Shown: in pieces, positions 9,229 to 19,131 of the stretch
Numbering within the stretch: position 1 is the stretch's first letter
How the letters are laid out: each line of letters starts with the position of its first letter
Source: a virus
Length of the DNA stretch: 22,606 bases
Reading direction: 5' to 3' (one strand)
Virus genome (UHGV): UHGV-1468108
Notes under the pieces: generated by a model
Told to the model about the DNA's origin: nothing
The model's input: the letters and a program-made list of their open reading frames with translations, nothing else
The model's database searches: none
Translations under genes and position numbers: made by a program

Positions 9229-9889
9229 TAAGTACATGAAAAATCGAAACTTTAAGGAGTAGATATGCTTTCTGAGAATGCTAAAGATATACCTGGATTT
9301 GAAGGTGTTTATGCCGTAACAGAAGATGGCAGGGTATATTCTCACTCACGTGTTGTTAAGGCTGCGCATGGCAGCACGCAACTCAGAAAGGGGCGCTGGT
9401 TAAAGCCTAAAATCAATCAGGGAAGGGTGCTTTATAATATCGGAGCAAAATGGACTTTTGCCCATCGAATCGTTGCAATGACATTCCTGCCAAATCCTGA
9501 AAACAAGCCTCAGGTAAATCATATTGATGGCAATCCACTCAATAATAACGTCAATAATCTTGAGTGGTGCACTCAAAGCGAAAACATCAAACATGCATAC
9601 GCCACCGGATTAAAGAAGCCAATCAAGTTTTTCGGAACCAAGCACCCAAAACACAAGTTGAGTGATGACGATGTTCTTGCAATCAAGTCATCAAAAGAAA
9701 GCTTGTCAGTAATTGCGGCTAAGTACGGGATATCTAAGACCTGGGCAAGTAGGCTAAAGCGTGATGCTAACTGGGTTCATATAAAGGTTGATTCCAATGG
9801 CAATACAACAACTACCACTAATGAAGGGATTGGGGAAAAGTGCGGTTAATGCTGATTATATAGACCAACTTCCAGTCAATCTTTTAGCT
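9217..9889 (+). mobile_element. Inserted segment: HNH homing-endonuclease gene plus a recoded copy of gene 10 codons 1-31
   Basis: AT-rich block interrupting gene 10. Its boundaries are defined by where gp10 homology is lost (after codon 31 of the remnant) and regained (codon 32 of the downstream copy). Confidence 0.6.
9265..9849 (+). CDS. HNH homing endonuclease (NUMOD4 + HNH_3 + C-terminal HTH)
   Basis: AAGGAG ribosome-binding site. IPGFEGVYAVTEDGRVYSHS is a NUMOD4-type motif; HRIVAMTFLPNPENKPQVNHIDGNPLNNNVNNLEWCTQSENIKHA is an HNH_3-type motif; the C-terminal region has an HTH-like KLSDDDVLAIK...SVIAAKYGISKTWASRLKR. AT-rich; the 3' end overlaps the gene 10 start in another frame. Confidence 0.85.
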   Translation: MLSENAKDIPGFEGVYAVTEDGRVYSHSRVVKAAHGSTQLRKGRWLKPKINQGRVLYNIGAKWTFAHRIVAMTFLPNPENKPQVNHIDGNPLNNNVNNLEWCTQSENIKHAYATGLKKPIKFFGTKHPKHKLSDDDVLAIKSSKESLSVIAAKYGISKTWASRLKRDANWVHIKVDSNGNTTTTTNEGIGEKCG

Positions 9890-11215
9890 ACGCCCAAGGA
9901 GGTGTTGAATTCATCGGGATATCTTCGCTCATTCCCGGGCATTGCAAAACGTTCTGATGTGAACGGTGTATCTCGCGGCGTCGAGTACAACATGGCGCAG
10001 AATGCTGTTTATCGTGTGTGTGGTGGCAAGCTGTACAAAGGAGAAAGTGAAGTCGGTGACGTTGCCGGAAGTGGTCGCGTATCAATGGCGCATGGTCGTA
10101 TATCACAGGCGGTAGGGGTTAACGGGAAACTGGTCGAGTATCGCTATGATGGCACGATTAAAACCGTCTCAAACTGGCCTACAGACAGCGGATTCACGCA
10201 GTATGAGTTAGGATCAGTCCGCGACATTACGCGCTTACGTGGGCGTTATGCGTGGTCAAAAGACGGCACTGATTCATGGTTTATCACTGACCTTGAAGAC
10301 GAATCGCATCCTGACCGTTACAGCGCACAATATCGCGCAGAATCGCAGCCTGACGGCATCATCGGCATAGGAACATGGCGAGACTTCATCGTCTGCTTTG
10401 GTTCATCGACGATTGAATATTTCTCCCTGACTGGCGCAACCACAGTTGGTGCTGCTTTGTATGTCGCACAGCCATCACTGATGGTGCAGAAAGGCATTGC
10501 CGGGACTTACTGCAAAACGCCATTCGCTGATTCGTATGCGTTCATCAGCAATCCGGCAACAGGTGCGCCGTCTGTATACATCATCGGCTCCGGTCAGGTG
10601 TCACCAATCGCCAGCGCGAGCATTGAGAAAATCCTCCGCTCCTACACTGCTGATGAACTGGCTGATGGTGTGATGGAATCGCTGCGATTTGATGCTCATG
10701 AGTTGCTGATTATCCACCTTCCGCGCCATGTTCTCGTGTACGACGCATCTTCAAGCGCCAATGGTCCGCAATGGTGTGTGCTGAAAACAGGTCTGTATGA
10801 CGATGTGTACCGCGCTATCGACTTCATTTACGAAGGCAATCAGATAACGTGCGGCGATAAACTGGAGTCCGTGACCGGGAAATTGCAATTCGACATCAGC
10901 AGCCAGTACGACAAGCAACAGGAACACCTGCTGTTTACTCCACTGTTCAAAGCGGATAACGCCAGATGCTTCGATCTGGAGGTGGAATCATCCACTGGCG
11001 TAGCTCAGTACGCCGACCGCCTGTTCCTCTCTGCAACCACTGACGGCATAAATTACGGGCGTGAGCAGATGATTGAACAGAATGAACCGTTCGTTTACGA
11101 CAAGCGTGTTTTGTGGAAGCGTGTCGGGCGCATCAGGAAAAACATTGGCTTCAAATTGCGCGTTATCACGAAGTCACCTGTCACTCTGTCTGGCTGCCAG
11201 ATAAGGATTGAGTAA
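9797..11215 (+). CDS. gp10: Tail accessory / plug protein, P22 gp10-like (complete gene, divergent 5' codons)
   Basis: [52 protein letters not shown]...LSGCQIRIE matches P22 gp10 along its whole length as recalled. ATG at 9797 chosen over the listed TTG at 9788. Confidence 0.9.
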   Translation: MAIQQLPLMKGLGKSAVNADYIDQLPVNLLATPKEVLNSSGYLRSFPGIAKRSDVNGVSRGVEYNMAQNAVYRVCGGKLYKGESEVGDVAGSGRVSMAHGRISQAVGVNGKLVEYRYDGTIKTVSNWPTDSGFTQYELGSVRDITRLRGRYAWSKDGTDSWFITDLEDESHPDRYSAQYRAESQPDGIIGIGTWRDFIVCFGSSTIEYFSLTGATTVGAALYVAQPSLMVQKGIAGTYCKTPFADSYAFISNPATGAPSVYIIGSGQVSPIASASIEKILRSYTADELADGVMESLRFDAHELLIIHLPRHVLVYDASSSANGPQWCVLKTGLYDDVYRAIDFIYEGNQITCGDKLESVTGKLQFDISSQYDKQQEHLLFTPLFKADNARCFDLEVESSTGVAQYADRLFLSATTDGINYGREQMIEQNEPFVYDKRVLWKRVGRIRKNIGFKLRVITKSPVTLSGCQIRIE

Positions 11216-11979
11216 TGGCGGATTCGAATCTCAATGTGCCGGTAATCATTCAGGCTGCACGGCTCGACACATCAGTCCTTCCACGCAATATCTTCTCGCA
11301 GTCGTATCTGCTTTACGTTATCGCACAGGGCACTGATGTTGGTAACGTGGCTAACAAGGCCAACGAGGCCGGACAGGGCGCTTATGATGCACAGGTCAGG
11401 AACGATGAGCAGGATGTGATTCTCGCTGACCATGAGCAGCGAATTTCTGCTGCGGAAGCAACGCTTGTTAATCATGAGGAGCGAATCAGCCAGGCAGAAT
11501 CAACTCTTCAGGAACATGAAACGCGCATCGATGCTCTTGAGTATGCCACTACTCGTAAGAAATCAGAGGTTGTTTACTCTGGCGTATCAGTAACAATCCC
11601 GACAGCGCCTACCAACCTTGTTAGCCTGCTGAAAACGCTCACGCCGTCATCCGGCACGTTGGCACCATTCTTCGACACCGTTAACAACAAGATGGTTGTG
11701 TTCAACGAGAACAAAACTTTGTTCTTCAAGCTGTCTATTGTCGGGACGTGGCCCAGCGGAACCACCAACAGGTCAATGCAGCTAACATTTTCCGGCTCTG
11801 TTCCTGACACACTGGTCAGCAGTCGTAATGCGGCGACAACAACCGACAACATCCTGTTAGCTACGTTCTTCAGCGTGGATAAAGACGGATCTCTTGCCAC
11901 AAATGGCAGTACGTTAACCATCCAGTCAAATGGTGCGGCGTTTACTGCCACAACCATCAAGATAATCGCGGAGCAGTGA
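11215..11979 (+). CDS. gp26: Tail needle protein, P22 gp26-like, with a divergent C-terminal domain
   Basis: N-terminus [43 protein letters not shown]...[20 protein letters not shown] matches P22 gp26; followed by heptad repeats ([37 protein letters not shown]) and a beta-rich C-terminal ~130 aa unlike P22. Confidence 0.85.
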   Translation: MADSNLNVPVIIQAARLDTSVLPRNIFSQSYLLYVIAQGTDVGNVANKANEAGQGAYDAQVRNDEQDVILADHEQRISAAEATLVNHEERISQAESTLQEHETRIDALEYATTRKKSEVVYSGVSVTIPTAPTNLVSLLKTLTPSSGTLAPFFDTVNNKMVVFNENKTLFFKLSIVGTWPSGTTNRSMQLTFSGSVPDTLVSSRNAATTTDNILLATFFSVDKDGSLATNGSTLTIQSNGAAFTATTIKIIAEQ

Positions 11980-12434
11980 TGATTCAGTTCAAACCAACGC
12001 GAAACATCGACCTGATCGAAGCAGTCGGAAATCACCCTGACATTATTGCCGGGAGCAACAACGGTGATGGATACGACTACAAACCTGATTGCCGTTACTT
12101 TGAGGTGAACGTGCACGGGCAGTTCGGCGGCATTGTTTACTATCAGGAGATTCAGCCGCTGACATTCGATTGCCACGCCATGTACCTGCCAGAGGTTCGT
12201 GGATTCAGCAAGGAAATCGGGCTGGCGTTCTGGCGATACATTCTGACTAACACCACCGTTCAGTGCGTCACATCGTTCGCTGCACGCAAATTCCGCCACG
12301 GTCAGATGTATTGCGCAATGATTGGCCTTAATCGTGTAGGAACCATCAAGAAATACTTCAAAGGCGTGGATGACGTGACGTTTTACAGCGCCACACGCGA
12401 AGAACTAATCGACTTCCTGAATCACGGGAGATAG
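11979..12434 (+). CDS. gp14: P22 gp14-like internal virion assembly protein
   Basis: Position and size between gp26 and gp7 as in P22. Start ambiguous: GTG at 11976 or ATG at 11979. Confidence 0.65.
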   Translation: MIQFKPTRNIDLIEAVGNHPDIIAGSNNGDGYDYKPDCRYFEVNVHGQFGGIVYYQEIQPLTFDCHAMYLPEVRGFSKEIGLAFWRYILTNTTVQCVTSFAARKFRHGQMYCAMIGLNRVGTIKKYFKGVDDVTFYSATREELIDFLNHGR

Positions 12435-12436
12435 CT

Positions 12437-13129
12437 ATGTTATATGCATTTAAGCTGGGCAGAAAACTGCGCGGCGAGGAACCTTATTGCCCTGAAAAAG
12501 GCGGGAAAGGTGGCAGTTCTGATAAAAGCGCAAAGTATGCCGCAGAAGCTCAGAAGTATGCCGCAGACCTGCAAAATCAGCAGTTCAACACCATCATGAA
12601 CAACCTGAAGCCGTTTACTCCTCTGGCTGATAAGTATGTCGGAAGCCTCGAAAACTTATCGTCTCTGGAGGGGCAAGGTCAGGCGCTTAACCAGTATTAC
12701 AACTCTCAGCAGTACAAAGATCTTGCTGGTCAGGCTCGCTATCAGAGTCTGGCGGCAGCGGAAGCAACAGGTGGATTGGGTTCCACCGCAACCAGTAATC
12801 AGTTAGCAACAATCGCACCAACGCTTGGTCAGCAATGGCTATCTGGTCAGATGAACAACTACCAGAATCTGGCAAATATTGGTCTTGGCGCACTGCAAGG
12901 TCAGGCAAACGCCGGGCAGACATATGCCAACAACATGAGTCAGATTTCGCAGCAAAGTGCGGCTCTTGCAGCGGCAAATGCCAACAGACCATCAGCAATG
13001 CAATCTGCTATTGGCGGAGGTGCGTCTGGTGCTATTGCTGGGGCCGGACTTGCGAAATTAATTGGCTCATCAACTCCGTGGGGGGCTGCGATCGGCGGCG
13101 GTCTTGGTCTGCTTGGCTCGTTGTTTTAA
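12437..13129 (+). CDS. gp7: Ejection (E) protein, P22 gp7-like
   Basis: 230 aa (P22 gp7 is about 229 aa); GGGAG ribosome-binding site; Q/A/G-rich with a C-terminal Gly-rich hydrophobic segment; syntenic position. Confidence 0.7.
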   Translation: MLYAFKLGRKLRGEEPYCPEKGGKGGSSDKSAKYAAEAQKYAADLQNQQFNTIMNNLKPFTPLADKYVGSLENLSSLEGQGQALNQYYNSQQYKDLAGQARYQSLAAAEATGGLGSTATSNQLATIAPTLGQQWLSGQMNNYQNLANIGLGALQGQANAGQTYANNMSQISQQSAALAAANANRPSAMQSAIGGGASGAIAGAGLAKLIGSSTPWGAAIGGGLGLLGSLF

Positions 13130-13139
13130 GGAGTAATCA

Positions 13140-14555
13140 ATGGCTACGTGGCAACAGGGTATTAATTCTGGTGGTTTTCTGGCTGGCATCGGTACGCAAA
13201 ATGAGAATGCGCCAAAGGCAAGCGACATTAACGCAACGCTTGGTCTGATCCGCGAAAACAATGAACTGGCTCGCTCAGGTGCAAATAACGTTGGTCTGAC
13301 CGCGTTACGTGGTCTGGCTGGAGTTGCTGATATTTACAATCAGGAACAGCAACAGAAAGCGATTAGTGCGTTCAATAAGGTTCACGCTGATGCATGGGCT
13401 TCTGGTGATCCATCGGGACTATTTAAGTTTGCCCAGGAAAATCCAGCGTTTGTTGCACAGGCACAACAGGCGTTTTCCGGTCTTAATGATCAGCAACGCA
13501 ACGATATGGGCGATTTAGCCATGAGGGCTAACGTCGCTCTTTCTCAGGGACCGGAAGCCTACAGTAAATTCATTACTGACAACAAGGACAGGTTAAATCG
13601 CGTGGGGGCGAATGCTGACTGGATGATTCAGACAGGTATCCAGAATCCAGAGCAGCTATCACACATGTTGACTACTATGTCTCTCGGTGCGCTTGGACCA
13701 GAAAAGGCGTTTGCTGTTCAGGACAAGATGGCTGGTCGTGAAATTGACCGAGGCAAACTTGCAGAGACAATCCGCAGCAATCAGGCTGGAGAAGCACTTC
13801 AGGCGAGAGGGCAAAACCTTTCCTATCAGTCAGCAATGACTGGACACAATATCGCAGCACAACGCTTGGCTCTGGATCAGCAAGAGTTCGGGTTTAAGAT
13901 GCAGCAAGCACAGGAAAAGGCTCAGCAGTTGATTAGCGAAGCACCTAAGCTGTCAGTAAACATGGAAAAAGGCATCGAGACGGCTGTAAACAATGCTACA
14001 GCATCATCAAACTCAGCCAATTCCATGAGTGCGCTTGCTCAACAGTTCAGAGCAGAAAAACCAACGACAGGTTTGTTCGGTAACGCACAGAACATGTTCG
14101 CAAAACTTACCGGAAGCGATACAACATTGCGTGATTTGCGCATCCGCCAAAATGCCCTTGTTAACAGTCAGGTTCTTAAATTCCTACCTCCCGGCCCCGC
14201 AACGGATAAAGACGTTGAGATCGTTCGGCAGGGTGCACCAACTGACATGGATAACCCTGAGACGGTCGCAAGATGGCTTGATGCGATGGCAAACCTTGAG
14301 CGACGAAACGCGCAGTTTAATGAGTTTAAAGCCGAGTGGATGAGCGCGAATGGCAATCCAGGACAATCGCGTAATGGCGGTCAGATATTGGGGTTGGATG
14401 TTAAAAAAGGTGAATCATTGGGGAGTGCCGTTAAGCGGTATATGTCAATGAATACTGACGCAGCGCCAGCACAAGATTCAACACCTTCAGGAGAACCACG
14501 GAATCAGGTTGGATCATATACCTCAAAATCAGGCATTCAATTTACGGTGGAATGA
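13140..14555 (+). CDS. gp20: Ejection (E) protein, P22 gp20-like
   Basis: 471 aa (same length as P22 gp20 as recalled); AAGGAG ribosome-binding site; syntenic position. Confidence 0.72.
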   Translation: MATWQQGINSGGFLAGIGTQNENAPKASDINATLGLIRENNELARSGANNVGLTALRGLAGVADIYNQEQQQKAISAFNKVHADAWASGDPSGLFKFAQENPAFVAQAQQAFSGLNDQQRNDMGDLAMRANVALSQGPEAYSKFITDNKDRLNRVGANADWMIQTGIQNPEQLSHMLTTMSLGALGPEKAFAVQDKMAGREIDRGKLAETIRSNQAGEALQARGQNLSYQSAMTGHNIAAQRLALDQQEFGFKMQQAQEKAQQLISEAPKLSVNMEKGIETAVNNATASSNSANSMSALAQQFRAEKPTTGLFGNAQNMFAKLTGSDTTLRDLRIRQNALVNSQVLKFLPPGPATDKDVEIVRQGAPTDMDNPETVARWLDAMANLERRNAQFNEFKAEWMSANGNPGQSRNGGQILGLDVKKGESLGSAVKRYMSMNTDAAPAQDSTPSGEPRNQVGSYTSKSGIQFTVE

Positions 14556-16393
14556 TGAAAGTAACTGCAAACGGTAAGACATTTACCTTTCCTGATGGTA
14601 CGAGCACCGAAGATATTGGCACCGCCATTGATGAGTATTTTGCTGGTCAGGCTGTTCAGCAACAAACAGTTAATCAGGCCAATAATGCACCAACACGGGA
14701 AGAACCATCATTGATGCAACAAGCTGGTGATTGGCTCACAGGTGGTCAAAGTGCAGGGCAAATTGCAGAACAGGCTGGTCGTGGTCTGGTAAACATACCA
14801 TTTGACGTATTGCAGGGTGGCGCAAGTCTGATTAATGCAATCAGCCAGGGGCTTGGCGGCCCCAAGGTTTTGAATGATGTTTATCGCCCTGTCGAGCGAC
14901 CGACAGACCCTTATGCGCAAGCTGGAGAAACAATTGGCGGGTATTTAGTTCCAGGAGTTGGAACGGCAGGAAGCATGGCTATTGGATCACTGGCAGAGGC
15001 CGCAAATCAGAAAGGCGATTTCGCACAAAATGCAGCTAAAAATGCCGGAGTTAACCTTGCCGCTCAGGGTGTTCTTTCCGCAGCAGCAAAGGGAATAGGG
15101 CGTGGAATAACGGCTATAAAAGGTGATATTGCGCCAGAAGTGGCGAAGAAAATTGCCACATCAGAATCGATGGGCGTGACACCAATGACATCTGATGTTA
15201 TCCCGCCGAAAAATGCTTTCACTCGCGGACTTACTCAGGATGCTGAGGGGGCTTTGCTCGGGACAGGCTCAAAGCGAGCTGAGCAATATGCAACGCGTAG
15301 TAAGCTGGTAAGCAATTATTTTGACCGTTTTGGTGAGTACAACCCTGATGATGTGGTGAAATCTCTTACCACCACGTTAAGGGGGCGGAAGGATGCCGCT
15401 GGCGCTGTTATCAATGACGTCACCAATAAAATGGGTAATGCCGCAGTTGATACCACAAATACCATGAATGCTCTGAATACAGCGATCGCAAGACAGGAAC
15501 GGCTTGGGACGTCTGCCAATCAAAGCCTGCTTACATCCTTGCGTAACCTACGTGAAGAATTAGCAAACCCTGCAACTGATTTGGATGTTACGTTTGATCT
15601 CTTGCGTCAGCACAGAACAGCATTTAGATCTAATGTTCAGGGAGATGCTATGGTCTTCCCCAACCAGGCAAAAGCAGCTACCAATATGGTAGAGAATGCA
15701 ATGTCAAAAGACCTTCGTAACGCAGTTGCTAAAAACCTCGGTGCATCAGACGCAGCAAAATACCTTAAAGCAAATTCCGATTATGCAAACGTTTATAATA
15801 AGGTGCTTAATAAAAACATTGCCAACAAGCTCAACAAGGCAAGCAGTGAAGCCAGTCCTGAACTTATAAATACCGTTGTATTAAGCAGAAAACCATCTGA
15901 CGTGAAACGAATCTGGAGCGCACTGGATGATAAGGGGAAAGATGCTATGCGTGCAGCTTACGTCAGCAAAATAGCGGAAAAGGCCGGGGACTCTCCAGCC
16001 AAGTTCATCACTGAAGTTAATAAGCTGAAATCTCAGTCAGGCGGTGAAATTTACAACACTATTTTTTCTGGAAAGCACATGAAAGAGCTTGATGCTCTTC
16101 ATGAAGTTCTACAGCAAACAGCAAGGTCAGACACCGCAAATGTAGTAACTCAGACGGGGCAATCGCAAGCCAACAGGATAAGGACGATTGGCGCAACTGC
16201 GACCCTTGGCGTATCAATGGGGCTTGAGGCTGGTTTTGGTGCAATGATGCGCTTGTATGAGTCCAAAGCAGCAAGGAATATGCTTCTTCGTTTGGCAAAC
16301 ACCAAAGCAGGAACACCAGCCTATGAAAGAGCGATAAATAACGCTGCGAATGCCATCAGACCGCTGTTTGCTACTGAGGCAACACAGCAGTAA
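14552..16393 (+). CDS. gp16: Ejection (E) protein, P22 gp16-like
   Basis: 613 aa (P22 gp16 is about 609 aa); start overlaps the gp20 stop; syntenic position. Confidence 0.72.
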   Translation: MMKVTANGKTFTFPDGTSTEDIGTAIDEYFAGQAVQQQTVNQANNAPTREEPSLMQQAGDWLTGGQSAGQIAEQAGRGLVNIPFDVLQGGASLINAISQGLGGPKVLNDVYRPVERPTDPYAQAGETIGGYLVPGVGTAGSMAIGSLAEAANQKGDFAQNAAKNAGVNLAAQGVLSAAAKGIGRGITAIKGDIAPEVAKKIATSESMGVTPMTSDVIPPKNAFTRGLTQDAEGALLGTGSKRAEQYATRSKLVSNYFDRFGEYNPDDVVKSLTTTLRGRKDAAGAVINDVTNKMGNAAVDTTNTMNALNTAIARQERLGTSANQSLLTSLRNLREELANPATDLDVTFDLLRQHRTAFRSNVQGDAMVFPNQAKAATNMVENAMSKDLRNAVAKNLGASDAAKYLKANSDYANVYNKVLNKNIANKLNKASSEASPELINTVVLSRKPSDVKRIWSALDDKGKDAMRAAYVSKIAEKAGDSPAKFITEVNKLKSQSGGEIYNTIFSGKHMKELDALHEVLQQTARSDTANVVTQTGQSQANRIRTIGATATLGVSMGLEAGFGAMMRLYESKAARNMLLRLANTKAGTPAYERAINNAANAIRPLFATEATQQ

Positions 16394-16417
16394 CGTATGG
16401 GAAATTGGATTCAATCG

Positions 16418-16807
16418 CTAACATTTTCTTTTTACTTTTCCAACAAAAGCTTTGGTTGAATCCATATTTCCATAACCGGAAATGGTTTTTGACATTAAAA
16501 CTGTTCCAGTAGGATGTATTACCCATGAGTCGATAACGCGTTGAGTTTCGCCATTCGCGCCGATTCCTATGATGGAGTTTTTAGACAATGCTTTGTAAGC
16601 CATGCCGCCCGCATCTGTCCCAGAATATGTGATGCTGGCATCTTCACCGCTTGTCTTAATGATGAATGTTCCACTAAAACCATCTTCTTCCGGATGGAAA
16701 TTATTTCGTTCTGAATAGCTTATTCCGCGCATATCTCCAACGACCCAGCACTCTGCTGTAGCCCCAAAAGATATGAATAAGAACATAGCAGCAAGAAATT
16801 GCTTCAC
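16418..16807 (-). CDS. Small secreted hypothetical protein (signal peptide) at the sie locus
   Basis: GTG start with AAGAGG 5 nt upstream gives MKQFLAAMFLFISFGATAECW..., a signal-peptide-like N-terminus, then a ~105-aa Gly/Ser/Thr-rich mature part. AT-rich. The longer listed ORF (to 16879) has no ribosome-binding site. Confidence 0.5.
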   Translation of the reverse strand: MKQFLAAMFLFISFGATAECWVVGDMRGISYSERNNFHPEEDGFSGTFIIKTSGEDASITYSGTDAGGMAYKALSKNSIIGIGANGETQRVIDSWVIHPTGTVLMSKTISGYGNMDSTKAFVGKVKRKC

Positions 16808-17024
16808 ACCAACCTCTTTAGTTTTTCTAGTTACTTTATCACGATAGGATATGCAAATTGATAAAACTAAATTGCGCACATGATAACTCAGTAATAATTG
16901 TTAATGAAAACATGATCACCTATATTGCACAAGGCGAAACAGGAAGCATAATCTGGTTTCATGAGTGTGATCACGTTTGGGTAAATCAAAGTCAAGAGGA
17001 AATACTTGAAATTATCAAAAATAA

Positions 17025-17606
17025 CTATCTAAACGTTGCACACGACTCATCTATCCATTTTTCATAAAATTGTATACCGAGATAGGCAAGAACAGATGGA
17101 TGTATATCAACAAGCTTTTCGCCAAGATGTTCTGTTGGAGGTGGATAATCTTTGCCTTGGTTTCTTACGGTTATAGGCATAGTTGTTGCTGGATGAAACT
17201 CAACTATCATAGGGTCGCCTTCGTATTTTGCTATTTCCCCTGTTGAATCAATGATTAACTCTTTAATATAATGGCTTCTTGCTCCCGGAAATGCCCCAAG
17301 AGTAGTATAAGGAGGTTCAAGCTTTGAGATTTCCATAGTGGAATGATGATCAGCATTTCTTGCTTGGTGAAGGTAAGCAAGTGTTTTGTCTGTTTTTCTA
17401 AGCATGAACTTTTGGTTGAAGTGGCTGCTAAATTTTCCACTAACCGGCTTTGTTGCACAGAGCAACTTACTGAAAGACTTTTCTATATGCCCAAGACATT
17501 CTCGCCAGTGCATTTCAAAATCATCATGGTTTGTAGATGATTTCATCTGCTCTAGGCACTTTTTAGCTGCGATGATTTCTTTTTTTGCTGGGTTGTAATC
17601 GATCAT
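17025..17606 (-). CDS. Hypothetical 193-aa protein translationally coupled to mnt; possible HEPN-like accessory protein
   Basis: ATG overlaps the mnt stop (ATGA on the minus strand) with AAGGA upstream; AT-rich; predicted helical N-terminal half containing LHQARNADHH, an R-x4-H-like motif. Confidence 0.55.
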   Translation of the reverse strand: MIDYNPAKKEIIAAKKCLEQMKSSTNHDDFEMHWRECLGHIEKSFSKLLCATKPVSGKFSSHFNQKFMLRKTDKTLAYLHQARNADHHSTMEISKLEPPYTTLGAFPGARSHYIKELIIDSTGEIAKYEGDPMIVEFHPATTMPITVRNQGKDYPPPTEHLGEKLVDIHPSVLAYLGIQFYEKWIDESCATFR

Positions 17607-17857
17607 TTTGCATCCTTGCCATACATGTTTTTAAGTGTCTCAAATACCACAGACTTGAACTGTTCAGCCTGCATCTCGGCTAATCGTTCAGCTTCATTGC
17701 GATAACCTTTTACAGGAGATGGTCTCGATAGAGCATCTTGGACGATTTGCAACAATTCTGAGTTCATTGATCTACCATTTGACTCTGCTCTGTATTTTAA
17801 TTTTTCTCTTACTTCCAAAGGCATGCGGAAGTTAAAGTGCGGATCATCTCTAGCCAT
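17603..17857 (-). CDS. mnt: Mnt repressor (ribbon-helix-helix)
   Basis: MARDDPHFNFRMPLEVREKLKYRAESNGRSMNSELLQIVQDALSRPSPV is near-identical to P22 Mnt as recalled; GGAG ribosome-binding site; divergent from arc. Confidence 0.9.
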   Translation of the reverse strand: MARDDPHFNFRMPLEVREKLKYRAESNGRSMNSELLQIVQDALSRPSPVKGYRNEAERLAEMQAEQFKSVVFETLKNMYGKDAK

Positions 17858-17879
17858 GCCATCACTCCAAGTTAGTGTA

Positions 17880-17932
17880 TTGACATGATAGAAGCACTCT
17901 ACTATATTCTCAATAGGTCCACCGTGGACCTA
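17880..17932. promoter_or_regulatory. Overlapping divergent Pant / Pmnt promoters with Arc and Mnt operators
   Basis: Pant -35 TTGACA (17880-17885), 17-nt spacer, -10 TATATT (17903-17908). On the minus strand, Pmnt -35 TTGAGA (17913-17908) and -10 TATCAT (17890-17885). Arc operator ATGATAGAAGCACTCTACTAT at 17886-17906. Perfect 17-bp palindrome AGGTCCACCGTGGACCT (Mnt operator) at 17915-17931. Confidence 0.8.
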
Positions 17933-17947
17933 TATTGTGAGGTGAAT

Positions 17948-18109
17948 ATGAAAGGAATGAGCAAAATGCCGCAGTTCAATTTGCGGTGGCCTAAAGAAGT
18001 ATTGGATTTGGTACGCAAGGTGGCGGAAGAGAATGGTCGGTCTGTTAACTCTGAGATTTATCAGAGAGTAATGGAAAGTTTTAAGAAGGAAGGACGCATT
18101 GGCGCGTAA
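17948..18109 (+). CDS. arc: Arc repressor (ribbon-helix-helix)
   Basis: [53 protein letters not shown], 53 aa, essentially P22 Arc; GAGGTG ribosome-binding site. The listed ORF start at 17885 is an upstream in-frame extension and is not used. Confidence 0.9.
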   Translation: MKGMSKMPQFNLRWPKEVLDLVRKVAEENGRSVNSEIYQRVMESFKKEGRIGA

Positions 18110-18190
18110 AGTTGAAGCCCCAACTGCGGGAACAGTCAGGGCTTCGGTTGTCAGTAAATCCGTGGAGAAAAACCAACATGAATAGTATAG
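18110..18190 (-). ncRNA. sar: Possible sar-like antisense RNA across the arc-ant intergenic region and ant start (approximate bounds)
   Basis: In P22 a small antisense RNA is transcribed leftward across the ant ribosome-binding site. This 68-bp intergenic region contains the inverted repeat GAAGCCC...GGGCTTC (18114-18145). Positional inference only. Confidence 0.3.
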
Positions 18191-19113
18191 CAATTTTAGA
18201 AGCAGTGAACACCTCTTACGTACCATTCAACGGTCAGCAAATTATCACCGCCATGGCTGCCGGAGTTGCATATGTTGCGATGAAGCCAATCGTTGAAAAC
18301 CTCGGAATGAGCTGGGGTACTCAGCAACAAAAACTTATGAAACAACTAGATAAGTTCAAATGTATTCATATGAATATGGTTGCTGCTGATGGAAAGCTTC
18401 GTAAGCTACTCTGCCTTCCTTTGAAGAAGTTAAATGGATGGCTGTTCAGCATCAACCCTGAGAAAGTTCGTGCTGACATCTGCGATAAACTGATTCAGTA
18501 CCAGGAGGAATGCTTTAGCGTGCTGCATGACTACTGGACTAAAGGCCATGTAGTTAACCCACGCAAAGCTAAAAAGGCGTTGCCGGGTAAAATTACCACT
18601 GAACAGCAGGAAGCCATTAAACAACTCGTCATGAGTCGCGGTCAGTCTCTGCCAAAAGAAAAACAGGCGAAGGCGATGATCACCATGTGGTCGTCACTGA
18701 AATCCCATTTTGGATGTTCGTACAAAGAAATCAGTGAGGAGCAGTTTACCGAAGCACTATCACTTGCAGCTCGAGTTCCACTTGAAGGTGAGTTCATTGG
18801 CAAACAAGAGAAGAAAACAAACGAGCTTTCTGCAAAAGAAGCAAACAGCCTTGTATGGTTATGGGATTATGCCAACCGCTCACAGGCATTATTCCGCGAA
18901 CTGTATCCGGCGCTAAAACAAATTCAATCGAACTATTCCGGCAGATGCTACGACTACGGTCATGAATTCTCGTATGTTATCGGAATGGCGAGAGACGTTT
19001 TAATAAACCACACACGAGATGTTGATATTAATGAGCCAGGCGGACCGACGAATCTTTCCGCATGGATGAGACTTAAGAATAAAGAATTACCTCCTTCAGT
19101 ACATAACTACTGA
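18178..19113 (+). CDS. ant: Antirepressor Ant
   Basis: ATG at 18178 with GGAG upstream; N-terminus [21 protein letters not shown] is antirepressor-like; directly downstream of arc. The listed ORF start at 18112 is not used. Confidence 0.8.
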   Translation: MNSIAILEAVNTSYVPFNGQQIITAMAAGVAYVAMKPIVENLGMSWGTQQQKLMKQLDKFKCIHMNMVAADGKLRKLLCLPLKKLNGWLFSINPEKVRADICDKLIQYQEECFSVLHDYWTKGHVVNPRKAKKALPGKITTEQQEAIKQLVMSRGQSLPKEKQAKAMITMWSSLKSHFGCSYKEISEEQFTEALSLAARVPLEGEFIGKQEKKTNELSAKEANSLVWLWDYANRSQALFRELYPALKQIQSNYSGRCYDYGHEFSYVIGMARDVLINHTRDVDINEPGGPTNLSAWMRLKNKELPPSVHNY

Positions 19114-19131
19114 CAGATAACCAACGCAACG

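Noticed and set aside
9217-9889. Reading the HNH insert as an intein or a simple target-site duplication
   Set aside because: The HNH ORF is in a different frame from gene 10 and separated from it by a stop, so it is not an intein. The 93-bp repeat is only about 66% identical, with synonymous changes, so it is a homologous copy from a divergent allele rather than a target-site duplication. The group I intron alternative is not excluded and is listed in the finding.
11574-12299. 241-aa minus-strand ORF antisense to gp26/gp14
   Set aside because: Antisense to syntenic P22-like genes; no start context; spurious.
18112-18177. Listed ORF start at 18112 for ant ([22 protein letters not shown]...)
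   Set aside because: That N-terminal extension covers the arc-ant intergenic hairpin and has no ribosome-binding site. The ATG at 18178 has GGAG upstream and gives the antirepressor-like N-terminus [10 protein letters not shown].
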